DNA of 64,000 nucleotides from Candidatus Micrarchaeia archaeon (GTDB lineage: Archaea > Micrarchaeota > Micrarchaeia > Burarchaeales > Fermentimicrarchaeaceae): contig JAVZHX010000002.1 in the NCBI GenBank assembly GCA_038871515.1, positions 100,641-164,640 of the forward strand, written 5' to 3'. A program made the translations under genes and the position numbers. Position 1 is the first letter of the stretch, and each line of letters begins with the position of its first letter. The notes below the pieces were generated by a model, which was given only the letters and a program-made list of their open reading frames with translations, was not told the DNA's origin and ran no database searches. Below are positions 27,928 to 37,099 of the stretch, one piece after another.

Positions 27928-30723
27928 TTATTTTCTCTCACCATACTCCTCCATGAACTTTATGTATGTCTGCAGATGCTGAACTGTTACAGAAGGCCTT
28001 CTCTTTGAAATTATCCCTTCCATAATTTCCATTGTGAGAACTGCTTTCTTTCCTTTCAACCTGCTCCTCACAAGCTCCATCTTTGCTTCCTGGCAGATTG
28101 AAGCGATATCTGCACCAGTGAACCCCTCTGTTCTTCCTGCAAGAAGATCAAAGTTGAAATCCTTTTCAAGAGGCACTCCCTCCAAGTTTAAATGGAAGAT
28201 TGCCTTTCTGCTTTCAAAAAGAGGAGGTGGGACAAGTATTATCTTATCAAACCTCCCCGGTCTTAGCAACGCTGGGTCAATTCTTTCTGGTTTGTTTGTT
28301 GCAGCAATCATCACCACTTGTTTCAACTCACTTATCCCATCCATCTCATCAAGCAGCTGCCCAACTATTCTTTCATTTTCAGGTGAAGTGTAACTATCTC
28401 TGCTTGGTGCAAGCGCATCTATTTCATCTATGAATATAATTGCAGGCGCTCTCTCCCTTGCTCTGTTGAAACTTTCTTTGATAACATTCACAGCTCCGCT
28501 GTAACCGCTTTTCATCAAATCAGCTCCGCTTATGTGGATGAAAGCTGCGTTTAGCTCATTGGAAGCTGCTCTCACAACAAGGGTTTTGCCACACCCGGGC
28601 GGTCCAAACAGAAGAACTCCCTTCACAGGCGTTACATTATACTCCCTCAGCACATCCTCATGCAACAAAGGAAGTTCAATCGATTCGATTAAAATCTGCT
28701 TAACATCATCCAACCCAACCACATCCTCCCATTTTGTCTCCTTTTTTTCCTTCTTCTTTGGAGGAGCAGTTCTTCTTTCAAAGTCAAGCTTGAACTTCTC
28801 AAACTCCTGTAAAGCAGCTATTGAAACGCTTGGCTTCACTGTTTCAAGCACAGATAAGAAATGCCCCATTGAAACAGGAACAACCTCATTTCTTTCAGAA
28901 GCTATTTTGGCAACCTTTCTTGCAGCCTCCATACAAATATTTTGAATATCCGCACCAGAATATCTTTCTGTTTTCTCAGCAAGCTTGTCAAAATCAACAT
29001 CCTCAGCAAGCGGAAAGTTCTTTGTATGAACCTTGAAAATCTGCTTTCTTCCCTCCTTATCAGGCAACGGCATATAAATTATTTTATCAAACCTCCCAGG
29101 TCTCAACAGTGCTCTGTCAAGCTCCTGAGGTACGTTTGTTGCTCCAACAATAATCACATTCTTCGCTGACTTGAAACCATCCATCTCAGAAAGGAATAAC
29201 GCAAGCAGCCTTGGGGCAACGTCATCTGACGAGTATTTTTCTCTGCTTCTTCCTATGGAATCTATCTCGTCAAAGAAAAGCACGCACGGTGCATTTGTTC
29301 TTGCAATTCTGAAAAGCTCACTTATGTTCCTCTCGCTCTCCCCATACCATTCTGAAAGCAAATCGCTGCATTTAACGTAGTAAAACCCAATTTTCATCTG
29401 CCTTGAAAGAGCTCTCATTATCATTGTTTTACCAGTTCCTGGAGGGCCGAAGAGAAGAACTCCTTTCGGTGGTTTCAAACCATAAGCAGTTGAAAGCTCC
29501 TTCTTTGTAAGCGGCCAGATGATTGCCTCAACAAGCTCCTTTTTGGTTTCCTCGTAGTTTCCTATATCATCAAGCGATTCAACTCCTGGCGCAAGGCTCA
29601 AATCCTGAATACCGAATTTTCTGAACTTTCCCATTTTTTCCATTTTTCTCACAGCAACCTCCCTTGAGATGTCAACTCCGTGGTATTCAAGGAAGAAAAC
29701 AACTCCAATTCCAAGAAGCACGCTTGGGAAAACAAGCAGGTTAAAAGGCTGCTCTGAGATTGCGCACGCAATCCAGTAGCCAATGGGAATAAGAAAAGAG
29801 GAGACGGTTGCTATTGTGTTTTTGTATTTTCTGTCCAGCATACCTGAAATTGAACCTGTGAGAAAAGCAGCAGCCATCCAGAAAAGTATCTGAACAAGCG
29901 CCGAGTCACCTATAGTTAAAGCAATAAGTGCGGCAAGCACTGCGTTTATTGAAGTTGCTGTGTACCGCACGCTCTCCTGCTTGAACAGACTGCCGATTGA
30001 ACCTACAAACTCCACACCAAGCTCGGTGACTTCAGGAGCTCCCCCGCGCCTTCCAAGGTTTGCGAACTCAGCAATTCTCTGCTCATAAACCCCTGTTAAC
30101 GTGCTTGGGTTGAAAACAACAAAACCGCTGTTAAGCACAGAGCCAGTTGGCAAGCCCCATGAAACAGAAAGAATCAGAACCATGAGAACTGTTATCAAAG
30201 CAACAATTGACGCCCTTTTTGAGCCAAGGTAGAGAGAGCAGAATGTGAGGAGAGGTGGAACGAAGAATCCCATTGAGTTGAAAGGAGCAAAAACAGTTAT
30301 GAAAAGCAAAGAGATTATGTGCCAATAAACAAAAGATGTAATAAGAGTTGTTGAGATCACAAGTGTGAAAAACCATGCAAAAAGAGGTGATTGGTAGGCA
30401 ACTGCTGGGAATGCAACAAAGGTGGTTACAATTGTCCCAAGCGGAGCATGGTAGTACGCAATGAAACCAACAAGTAAAAGAAGAAATGGCAGTAACCACC
30501 ATGGGTAGAAAGGAAAGGTAAGGAGAAGGAAGAGACAGCCTGCCATAACAAGAAACGCATTTGCAAAAGCAGTGTTCTCCTCAACTTCCTTCAGCATTGC
30601 CTTAAATCTCAAATCCTTCAACGAGCGAAACTTCTTCTCCTGCTTTTCAAGCATCTCGGTTACCAATGGCTCAAGCTGTTGTTTTTCCTTTGGTTTCTCC
30701 TCTTCCTTCATTTTCAGCGCCAT
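27928..30723 (-). CDS. Membrane-bound double-AAA ATPase (CDC48/p97-related, MBA-like)
   Basis: About 10 or more N-terminal TM helices, then two AAA modules (GPPGTGKT/FFDEID/DRALLRPGRFD and GPPGCGKT/FIDEID/DPALLRPGRFD); start placed at ATG 30723. Confidence 0.85.
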   Translation of the reverse strand: MALKMKEEEKPKEKQQLEPLVTEMLEKQEKKFRSLKDLRFKAMLKEVEENTAFANAFLVMAGCLFLLLTFPFYPWWLLPFLLLLVGFIAYYHAPLGTIVTTFVAFPAVAYQSPLFAWFFTLVISTTLITSFVYWHIISLLFITVFAPFNSMGFFVPPLLTFCSLYLGSKRASIVALITVLMVLILSVSWGLPTGSVLNSGFVVFNPSTLTGVYEQRIAEFANLGRRGGAPEVTELGVEFVGSIGSLFKQESVRYTATSINAVLAALIALTIGDSALVQILFWMAAAFLTGSISGMLDRKYKNTIATVSSFLIPIGYWIACAISEQPFNLLVFPSVLLGIGVVFFLEYHGVDISREVAVRKMEKMGKFRKFGIQDLSLAPGVESLDDIGNYEETKKELVEAIIWPLTKKELSTAYGLKPPKGVLLFGPPGTGKTMIMRALSRQMKIGFYYVKCSDLLSEWYGESERNISELFRIARTNAPCVLFFDEIDSIGRSREKYSSDDVAPRLLALFLSEMDGFKSAKNVIIVGATNVPQELDRALLRPGRFDKIIYMPLPDKEGRKQIFKVHTKNFPLAEDVDFDKLAEKTERYSGADIQNICMEAARKVAKIASERNEVVPVSMGHFLSVLETVKPSVSIAALQEFEKFKLDFERRTAPPKKKEKKETKWEDVVGLDDVKQILIESIELPLLHEDVLREYNVTPVKGVLLFGPPGCGKTLVVRAASNELNAAFIHISGADLMKSGYSGAVNVIKESFNRARERAPAIIFIDEIDALAPSRDSYTSPENERIVGQLLDEMDGISELKQVVMIAATNKPERIDPALLRPGRFDKIILVPPPLFESRKAIFHLNLEGVPLEKDFNFDLLAGRTEGFTGADIASICQEAKMELVRSRLKGKKAVLTMEIMEGIISKRRPSVTVQHLQTYIKFMEEYGERK

Positions 30724-30777
30724 ACAACCATAAGTAATAATTAAAAAAGGTATATAAATAGTGAATGGTGCCATGCT

Positions 30778-31290
30778 GTGAAAAAGGAATTTGTTGGGTT
30801 GATTTTGGTTGTTCTATTCATAATTGCTATTTACCTAACCAACCCTGCTGAAACAATAAAAGTTGACACGCTTGGTTATCTTGGTGTATTTCTTCTTATG
30901 TTTCTCTCAAGCGCAACAATTGTTCTCCCAGTTCCTGGGCTTGCGGGAGTTGTTGTTGCGGGTTGTTTCTTAAACCCTTTCCTGGTTGGAGTTGTTGGCG
31001 GAGTTGGAAGCGCGCTTGGAGAAACAACAGGTTACATTGCTGGGTTGGGAGGAAAAGCAGTTGTTGAAAGGGGGAAGAGGAAGTTTTATAACAGAATTAG
31101 AAAGTGGATGAAGAGAAATGGGTTTATAACAATCTTTATAGCAGCAGCTCTCCCAAACCCTTTCTTTGACGTTGCGGGGCTTGCTGCAGGAGCATTGGAT
31201 TACCCATTCTGGAAGTTTCTTTTGGCATGCATGGGTGGAAAAATAATAAAGTGCATCGCCCTTGCATACCTTGGTTACGCGCTTGTTTAA
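30778..31290 (+). CDS. DedA/VTT (TVP38/YdjX-like) membrane protein
   Basis: LPVPG, GSALGE.TGY.AG, PNPFFD.AGL.AG motifs. Confidence 0.85.
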   Translation: MKKEFVGLILVVLFIIAIYLTNPAETIKVDTLGYLGVFLLMFLSSATIVLPVPGLAGVVVAGCFLNPFLVGVVGGVGSALGETTGYIAGLGGKAVVERGKRKFYNRIRKWMKRNGFITIFIAAALPNPFFDVAGLAAGALDYPFWKFLLACMGGKIIKCIALAYLGYALV

Positions 31291-31584
31291 CTACAGCGCC
31301 TGCACAAGCTTCTTCCTAACCTTCTCATCCTCTCCTTTAATATCCTTTATTTTCTCGGCTGCTTCCTTCTCCCCAATTGTTTCAAGCCAGGGAGCAAAAT
31401 GCCCACCGTTTGCATGGTAGAGCACTGAAGCAAGTGGCGCTATCTTGAGCATGCGCACAAACTCGCTCATGCTCCTCGCCTTCCCAACCTCCCTTCCATC
31501 CGGCATTCTGAAGACAAACTCCTGCCCTGGTGGACAGGGGTTGGTTGAATATGGCTTTGCTTTATACCTCGGCATCCGCCTCAC
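31291..31584 (-). CDS. Small DUF5752-like protein associated with the alpha-glucan cluster
   Basis: EFVF..G..A.S..EF......SVLYH..GHFA.WL..IG pattern; overlaps the GH57 stop. Confidence 0.6.
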   Translation of the reverse strand: MRRMPRYKAKPYSTNPCPPGQEFVFRMPDGREVGKARSMSEFVRMLKIAPLASVLYHANGGHFAPWLETIGEKEAAEKIKDIKGEDEKVRKKLVQAL

Positions 31585-32792
31585 CTCCCAACTCCATAAG
31601 CTTTAAGTTTATGTTTTAATCTATTCTTCAAATCCTGAAGAACATTCATAAAATTTATGAATCCATCGTACGGAGTGTCAAAAGGAGAGAAGTATTTGTG
31701 AACATCTCCATCTGCCCATGATTTTGTGCATAGGTAGTAAAGCTGGTCGCTGTTCTGAAGCAACCTCCATATTCTCATAAGCTTCTCATCCTTTGCTTCT
31801 CTCACCATCGGCTCCAAACCCTCAAGGAAGCGAAAGCAAACCCTTTGCATTTCGTTACCGAGCCAAGCAGAAGCATCCCTTTCCATATCCGCCCATGAGA
31901 GAGGAGTTGGGACATCTATCTCGCCAACAGGTTCCAACGCAACCAACTCGCTTGGTGTTTTGAAATTCAGGTTATCATACTTCAGAATTTCCTCTGGCAG
32001 TCTTTTGAGAAACTCAAATATTCCTGTTTCAACCCACTGGTGCTCCCCAAAAGTTTCATAATCCATAAAAATGTTCACAAGGGGTCCCTCGCACTTGCTT
32101 AACCAAGCAGCGTATTTATCAGCTGTAAGCGGATACTCGCTCCACCAACGAGCCGAGAAACGGTATGCAATATCATCGCTTAACCTGTAGTTTCTCAGGA
32201 ATGCTTTAATTGAATTGCACCCTCTCACCCTGTAAAGGTAATTCGGGCTTCTCCACCCAAGTATCCTCTCCCAACCCTCGGTAACTATTCCCTTATACCC
32301 CATCTCCTCAACAATTTTCGCTATTTCGTTTGTGAACAATGCTTCTGTGTTTCTGAAAACAACTGGGTTGCATTTGAAAAGGGATTTCACTACTTTATTG
32401 TGAAGCGCAACCTGCTCCTTGAACTCAGTTTTATCTTTGAACAAACTGCACAGCGAGTGATAATATGTTTCATCAAGAAAATCAACGCAGCCAGTTTTGG
32501 CAAGCTCCTCAAATGAGTCAAGCACCTTTGGGTTGAACTCATTGCACTGGTCAAGAAAAACCCCGGTTATGCTATAGGAAATTTTGAATTTTCCATCGTA
32601 TTTGCTTATCAAATCAAGCATAATTGAGTTTGTTGGAAGATAGCACTTGCGCGCAACTTTCTCAAAAACCTCCTTATTCAATTTTTGGTTGAAATAAAGG
32701 TGATACGGATCCCCGTTATTCTCCTCAAAAATAGAGAAGCGCCTCATTCTGATTGGTTGGTGAACTTGGAAGTAAAAACAGATTGATGGCAT
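31581..32792 (-). CDS. Glycoside hydrolase family 57 (alpha-amylase type)
   Basis: FQVHQP, ETYYHSL, nucleophile FRNTE, acid/base MDYETFGEH, SWAD.ERD.SAWLGN. Confidence 0.92.
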   Translation of the reverse strand: MPSICFYFQVHQPIRMRRFSIFEENNGDPYHLYFNQKLNKEVFEKVARKCYLPTNSIMLDLISKYDGKFKISYSITGVFLDQCNEFNPKVLDSFEELAKTGCVDFLDETYYHSLCSLFKDKTEFKEQVALHNKVVKSLFKCNPVVFRNTEALFTNEIAKIVEEMGYKGIVTEGWERILGWRSPNYLYRVRGCNSIKAFLRNYRLSDDIAYRFSARWWSEYPLTADKYAAWLSKCEGPLVNIFMDYETFGEHQWVETGIFEFLKRLPEEILKYDNLNFKTPSELVALEPVGEIDVPTPLSWADMERDASAWLGNEMQRVCFRFLEGLEPMVREAKDEKLMRIWRLLQNSDQLYYLCTKSWADGDVHKYFSPFDTPYDGFINFMNVLQDLKNRLKHKLKAYGVGR

Positions 32793-33929
32793 TTAAACCA
32801 GCTCTCTGTAAACTTTGAGTGTTTCATCCGCAGTCTTCCCCCAGCTGAACCTCCTCGCATCCTCAACCTCATATCTTCCCATTGTGTGGTTGAGAACCCT
32901 GTATTTCAGCAGCGCAATTATGTATTCAGCCATCTTGTTCACATCCCAGAAATCAACCCTTAAGCAGTGAGTTGTTATCTCACTAACACCAGAGGTTTTT
33001 GAGAGTATTATTGGGGTTCCACTTGCCATTGCTTCCAGAGCAGTTATCCCAAATGGTTCTGAAATGCTTGGCAGAACGTAAACATCGCTCTTTGCATATG
33101 CTTCATGCAGTTGATCCTCAGGTATGTAACCAAGGAAAGTAACCTTATCGCTTATCCCAAGCTCAATTGAGTAGTTTATCAAGTAAGGAAGCATATCCCC
33201 TCCCCCAGCCATAACAAAGCGAACGTTGCTCATTGCTGAAAGAACCTTCTTTGCAGCCTGCAGAAATTGAACAGGGCCTTTCTGCTCAGCCATCCTGCCG
33301 AGGAAAAGCACTACCTTTTCTTTTGAGTATTTTCTAACCTCCCACTTCTTCTTGAATTTATCAGGGTCAACTCCATTGTAAACAACTCTTATCTTTCCGC
33401 AGTCAACTCCAAATTTCTCAACAATCTGTCTTTTCATCATATTGCTTACAGTGATAACTCTGTCAGCTGCATGCATTCCCATTCTCTCAATTTCAAGTAT
33501 GTGGTTGTTCGGTCCGAGTGATGAGCGGTCGTATTCTGTTGAGTGAACTGTGCATACATGTGGTTTCTTTATCTTCTGCTTTGCGAGCACACCCGCTCGC
33601 ATTGTTAACCAATCATGGTTGTGAATCAAATCATAGTTTCTTTCCTTATGATTTTTTTCAACTTCCTCCGCACACCTCAAATTGTACTGCATAACCCTAT
33701 TCATGAAATCCCAACCGTATGCTTCTCTTGCGGTGTAAGGACCGAAGTAAACAGGCATAACCTGAATAAGGCGTGGGGTGGTTCCTTTTATTTCAAACTC
33801 GGTGCGGGGCATGTAGAAGTCAACTTCCACTCCTCTGCTTGCCAAAGCTCTTGTTAGCTCATAGCAGTGAACCCCCAACCCACCGCTTTTGAATGGGGGA
33901 AATTCCCATCCCAGCATCGCTATGCGCAC
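32793..33929 (-). CDS. GT4 glycosyltransferase, probable glycogen synthase-like
   Basis: WEFPP..SGGLG, HNHDW, HSTEYDR, EPFGITALEA. Confidence 0.85.
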   Translation of the reverse strand: MRIAMLGWEFPPFKSGGLGVHCYELTRALASRGVEVDFYMPRTEFEIKGTTPRLIQVMPVYFGPYTAREAYGWDFMNRVMQYNLRCAEEVEKNHKERNYDLIHNHDWLTMRAGVLAKQKIKKPHVCTVHSTEYDRSSLGPNNHILEIERMGMHAADRVITVSNMMKRQIVEKFGVDCGKIRVVYNGVDPDKFKKKWEVRKYSKEKVVLFLGRMAEQKGPVQFLQAAKKVLSAMSNVRFVMAGGGDMLPYLINYSIELGISDKVTFLGYIPEDQLHEAYAKSDVYVLPSISEPFGITALEAMASGTPIILSKTSGVSEITTHCLRVDFWDVNKMAEYIIALLKYRVLNHTMGRYEVEDARRFSWGKTADETLKVYRELV

Positions 33930-34138
33930 AAGTTCACCTCTACTTCCACCCCTACAATATGGACTAGTCTTAATAGAAGTTTTGAAAGGAAAGGTTTATA
34001 AAACAAACTGCTTGAAAGTGAGTAAGGAATTTTTAGAAAACTTATCGTCTGAAAATTAGGGAATTTTTAAGCAATTGCTTCTCATTCAAAAATTTTGGCA
34101 GATAACTGAGAGGAAAGTTAGTTGTTTGAATTAAATTT

Positions 34139-34405
34139 ATGGGGGATAAAAGGTATAAACAGAGCGAGGCAGAAGCTAAGCATGTGTATTGGGGGGAACA
34201 GGAGCTGATAAGGAACGCTGAGGGCAACTATGCTGAAGCTCTCTGGGGGATTCGTAGGAGAAAAGGTTACAGAGTTGCTCTTGAGGTGATTTCACATATC
34301 CGCGAGAAAACGAGTGAATGTTGCGGAAGAGCGTGGTATTTTATTAATGAGTGTTTCAAAAAACACACTTTTTTTGAAAGAAAGTTTGGAAAGAGGATGG
34401 ATTAG
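34139..34405 (+). CDS. Hypothetical protein (uncertain)
   Basis: 88-aa ORF filling the gap before the tRNAs; no recognisable motif. Confidence 0.3.
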   Translation: MGDKRYKQSEAEAKHVYWGEQELIRNAEGNYAEALWGIRRRKGYRVALEVISHIREKTSECCGRAWYFINECFKKHTFFERKFGKRMD

Positions 34406-34461
34406 GTTTTTATTAAGTAACTCCAATACTTTTAAATTAACGAACATAAAAAAGATATGCT

Positions 34462-34564
34462 CCCGCCATAGCTCAACTTGGTAGAGCATCCGGCTGTAGC
34501 TTGCTTTGCTGGAGTTTTTCCAGCAGAAACCGGATGGTTGGGTGTTCAAATCACCCTGGCGGGA
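34462..34564 (+). tRNA. tRNA-Tyr(GTA) with a 29-nt intron at 37/38 (34500-34528)
   Basis: Acceptor CCCGCCA/TGGCGGG (C1:G72, A73), anticodon stem TCCGG/CCGGA, GTA at 34496-98, T-loop TTCAAAT; no encoded CCA. Confidence 0.93.
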
Positions 34565-34566
34565 TT

Positions 34567-34639
34567 GCCTTGGTAGTGTAGTGGACCAGCATTCAGGCCT
34601 GTCGAGCCTGCGACCCGGGTTCAAATCCCGGCCAAGGCG
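34567..34639 (+). tRNA. tRNA-Asp(GTC)
   Basis: Acceptor GCCTTGG/CCAAGGC, anticodon arm CAGGC-CTGTCGA-GCCTG, T arm CCGGG-TTCAAAT-CCCGG, discriminator G. Confidence 0.96.
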
Positions 34640-34708
34640 CTGAATTGTTTTTTTAATCAACTATAGGTTTATCGTTGCTATTAAAAATCTGCTTGATGAA
34701 ATTTATGC

Positions 34709-35941
34709 ATGAGCGATTACAGAAAACTTTTTTCAGATTTTATGAAAGAGAGCAGAAGTAGGGGGGTTGTAGATTACATTGTGAAAGGTTCTCTTCTTGT
34801 TTACACAATTCTGCTTCTCACCACTCCAATTACTGTCGGCAGAATACCAGCGTTGACTCCGGAGCAAGCAGTTTTTCTTGTTCTAACATATGCGGTGTTT
34901 GTTGGGAAGGGGATGGGGTTCATCAAGGATATTGCTCCTCTTGTTATACTGTTTTTTGCATATGAAGCAATGAGAGGAGTTGTGATTGCAGGAGAGCAGA
35001 GGGTGATAACGGATTATTGGGCTGTGAGCAATTATAGCAGTGGTTTGGAGGTGAAGATTAACCCAATGTTGGTGAACGTTGGAGAAACTTTTGTAATCAA
35101 TGTAACCACTTCTGATGAAGTTGAATATGTTGATTTTGTTGCTAGGAAAAATGACAGCAACAAGGAAGTTAACTTCACAATTAAGCTTTTGGAAGGGAAG
35201 GGGAGTTATGTTGTGGAGAGGGATTCAGAGCTGTTTGGTGAAACTGGGTTGTATAACATAACTGCACGCGCACGCGGTTATGAAGGAATAAATGGAAGCG
35301 CTGTTGTTGGAGTGACAAAAAATGTTCACTATAAAGAACCGATTGAGTTGGAGAGGAGTTTGTTTGGCATGATTCCCACAGTATATCTCCAGGAGAAGTT
35401 TTATAAGGAAGGGAAAATTTCAGCAATTGACTGGATTGCAATTATTACATATATTCTTCACCTCCCCCTTCCTTTTTTCTTCGCCTCTTTAATCTGGTTT
35501 AAGGATAGAGAGATGTATAAGAAGTATTCAGCAACTTTTCTTATTCTTGCATACACGGGCTTGTTGACTTTTCTCCTTTACCCAGCTTCCCCTCCCTGGT
35601 TATCAGGACTTGTTGGTTATTTAGATGGAGTGAAAAAACTCTACCACGAAATCTCCCAATCGCTAAATCTAATTATTCTGCCAACTCTTTATTACTGGAT
35701 AAACGCAAATGAGGTTGCAGCCGTTCCCTCTTTACATGCTGCATTTCCGCTTTTGATTTCAATTTACTCATTTAAACTTTGGGGGAAGAGAGGCTTGGTT
35801 GTTCTTCTTTATCCTGTTGCAACTGCATTCTCACTTGTTTACCTTGGTGAGCACTACGCAGTTGATGTTTTGCTTGGGTTTGTTTACGTTTTTGCATCAA
35901 TCGTTTTTGTTGAGTTGCTTTTCAGATGGGAGAGGAGGTGA
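34709..35941 (+). CDS. PAP2 superfamily, Aur1/IPC-synthase-like membrane phosphotransferase with an inserted soluble domain
   Basis: YPASPPW, AAVPSLHAA, GEHYAVD motifs; about 110-aa beta-rich insert after YEAMRG. Confidence 0.8.
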   Translation: MSDYRKLFSDFMKESRSRGVVDYIVKGSLLVYTILLLTTPITVGRIPALTPEQAVFLVLTYAVFVGKGMGFIKDIAPLVILFFAYEAMRGVVIAGEQRVITDYWAVSNYSSGLEVKINPMLVNVGETFVINVTTSDEVEYVDFVARKNDSNKEVNFTIKLLEGKGSYVVERDSELFGETGLYNITARARGYEGINGSAVVGVTKNVHYKEPIELERSLFGMIPTVYLQEKFYKEGKISAIDWIAIITYILHLPLPFFFASLIWFKDREMYKKYSATFLILAYTGLLTFLLYPASPPWLSGLVGYLDGVKKLYHEISQSLNLIILPTLYYWINANEVAAVPSLHAAFPLLISIYSFKLWGKRGLVVLLYPVATAFSLVYLGEHYAVDVLLGFVYVFASIVFVELLFRWERR

Positions 35942-35945
35942 TTTG

Positions 35946-36401
35946 TTGATTTACATCCATCCAAAAGCAGAGGTTGTTGGAAATGTTTCAATCGGTGAGG
36001 GTTCATCTGTTTGGGCTTTTGCAGTTATAAGGGGGGATGAGGGAAAGATAAGGATTGGAAAAAACACAAGCGTGCAGGAGCACTGCGTGATTCATGGAGA
36101 GAGAGTTGAAGTTGGAGATAATGTAACAATTGGGCATTCGGCCGTTATTCACGGAGCAAAAATTGGAAGCAATGTTTTAATTGGAATAAAGGCAGTGGTG
36201 CTTGATGAAGCTGAAATTGGGGATTGGGTGATTGTAGGGGCAGGAGCAGTTGTTCCGCCAAAAATGAAAATTCCGTCGGAAAGTGTTGTGCTAGGAGTTC
36301 CTGCAAAAGTTGTGAGAAAGGTTAACGAAGAGGATAGAAAGTTTATAGCGAACTCATATGAAAAATACGTTGAGAGAGCGAAGAAGTTAGGGAAGGTTTA
36401 A
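35946..36401 (+). CDS. Gamma-carbonic anhydrase family protein
   Basis: Hexapeptide repeats, IRGD, QEHCVIH, GHSAVIHG; TTG start after GAGGTGA. Confidence 0.9.
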   Translation: MIYIHPKAEVVGNVSIGEGSSVWAFAVIRGDEGKIRIGKNTSVQEHCVIHGERVEVGDNVTIGHSAVIHGAKIGSNVLIGIKAVVLDEAEIGDWVIVGAGAVVPPKMKIPSESVVLGVPAKVVRKVNEEDRKFIANSYEKYVERAKKLGKV

Positions 36402-36444
36402 ATACAACCTCCTTTATTTTTTAAAGCCCTAAGAGGCGACCGGG

Positions 36445-36534
36445 ATGAATGAGAGAATGCTGATGAGTTTATACGAGTACCAGCGGGGGCTGGCTGAGAG
36501 CAGAGTGAAAAGAAAGGAAAGAGGAGGAAGCTGA
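36445..36534 (+). CDS. Putative 29-aa small protein
   Basis: MNERMLMSLYEYQRGLAESRVKRKERGGS*; preceded by a TATA box near 36398 and a GAGGCGA RBS; its stop abuts the convergent gene's stop. Confidence 0.4.
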   Translation: MNERMLMSLYEYQRGLAESRVKRKERGGS

Positions 36535-36999
36535 TTATTTTCTCTGGGCTATGTAACCTCCTATCGCGCCAAGCACCACTCCTAGCACTGCGCTTATTGC
36601 AATGCCAATTATCATGCCTATAAACCAGAAGAGCAGCAGTGCTCCTCCACCAATCACTGCTCCTCCAGCGGAATCAGATGCGATGGACATGAAACCAGGT
36701 AGGTTCAACAGCAGAGCTACAACTGAATTTATCACCTCTGATACAACGGCTGCTATTCCTCCCGTAATTGCTGCGCCTGTTAAATCAAGCTGGTGCTTTT
36801 TCACAGCAGAGTAGCCCGCCCAGCCAAGCACCAAGCAGCTTAGGACGAATGATGCCAAGCTTATCAGGATGCTGAGTATACTGCCGACCATGGGAAGAAA
36901 TGAGGGGAGAGCGATTGTCACAATTGCTGTCAGCACTCCTAGAACAACTAATACAACGATTGGCAGAACAGACGCATTTATTATTTTCCTAAAATCCAC
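36535..36999 (-). CDS. Four-TM Gly-rich membrane protein (DUF5518-like)
   Basis: GWAGY, GAAITG, LGAIGGYI patterns; GTG start with RBS. Confidence 0.65.
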   Translation of the reverse strand: MDFRKIINASVLPIVVLVVLGVLTAIVTIALPSFLPMVGSILSILISLASFVLSCLVLGWAGYSAVKKHQLDLTGAAITGGIAAVVSEVINSVVALLLNLPGFMSIASDSAGGAVIGGGALLLFWFIGMIIGIAISAVLGVVLGAIGGYIAQRK

Positions 37000-37099
37000 A
37001 TCACCACCTCAGAGTTCACCTCTCAAGAAGTTATAGTTTCATTGTTTATAAGGATTGCTGTTCAGCAGCATATATTTTTATAAGAGGGAGAAGTAAATA

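Noticed and set aside
33930..34138. AT-rich gap with palindrome AAGCAATTGCTT (34069-80) and repeated GGAATTTTTA as a possible replication origin or RNase P RNA (GAGGAAAG)
   Set aside because: No ORB-like repeats, no cdc6/orc1 nearby, and no GC-rich RNase P helices; probably divergent promoters.
34292..34660. 122-aa minus-strand ORF
   Set aside because: Lies antisense across two clear tRNA genes.
36440..36510. CTGATGA suggesting a hammerhead ribozyme, C/D-box sRNA or fluoride riboswitch
   Set aside because: No properly placed GAAA core or stems, box spacing is atypical, and a small ORF explains the region better.
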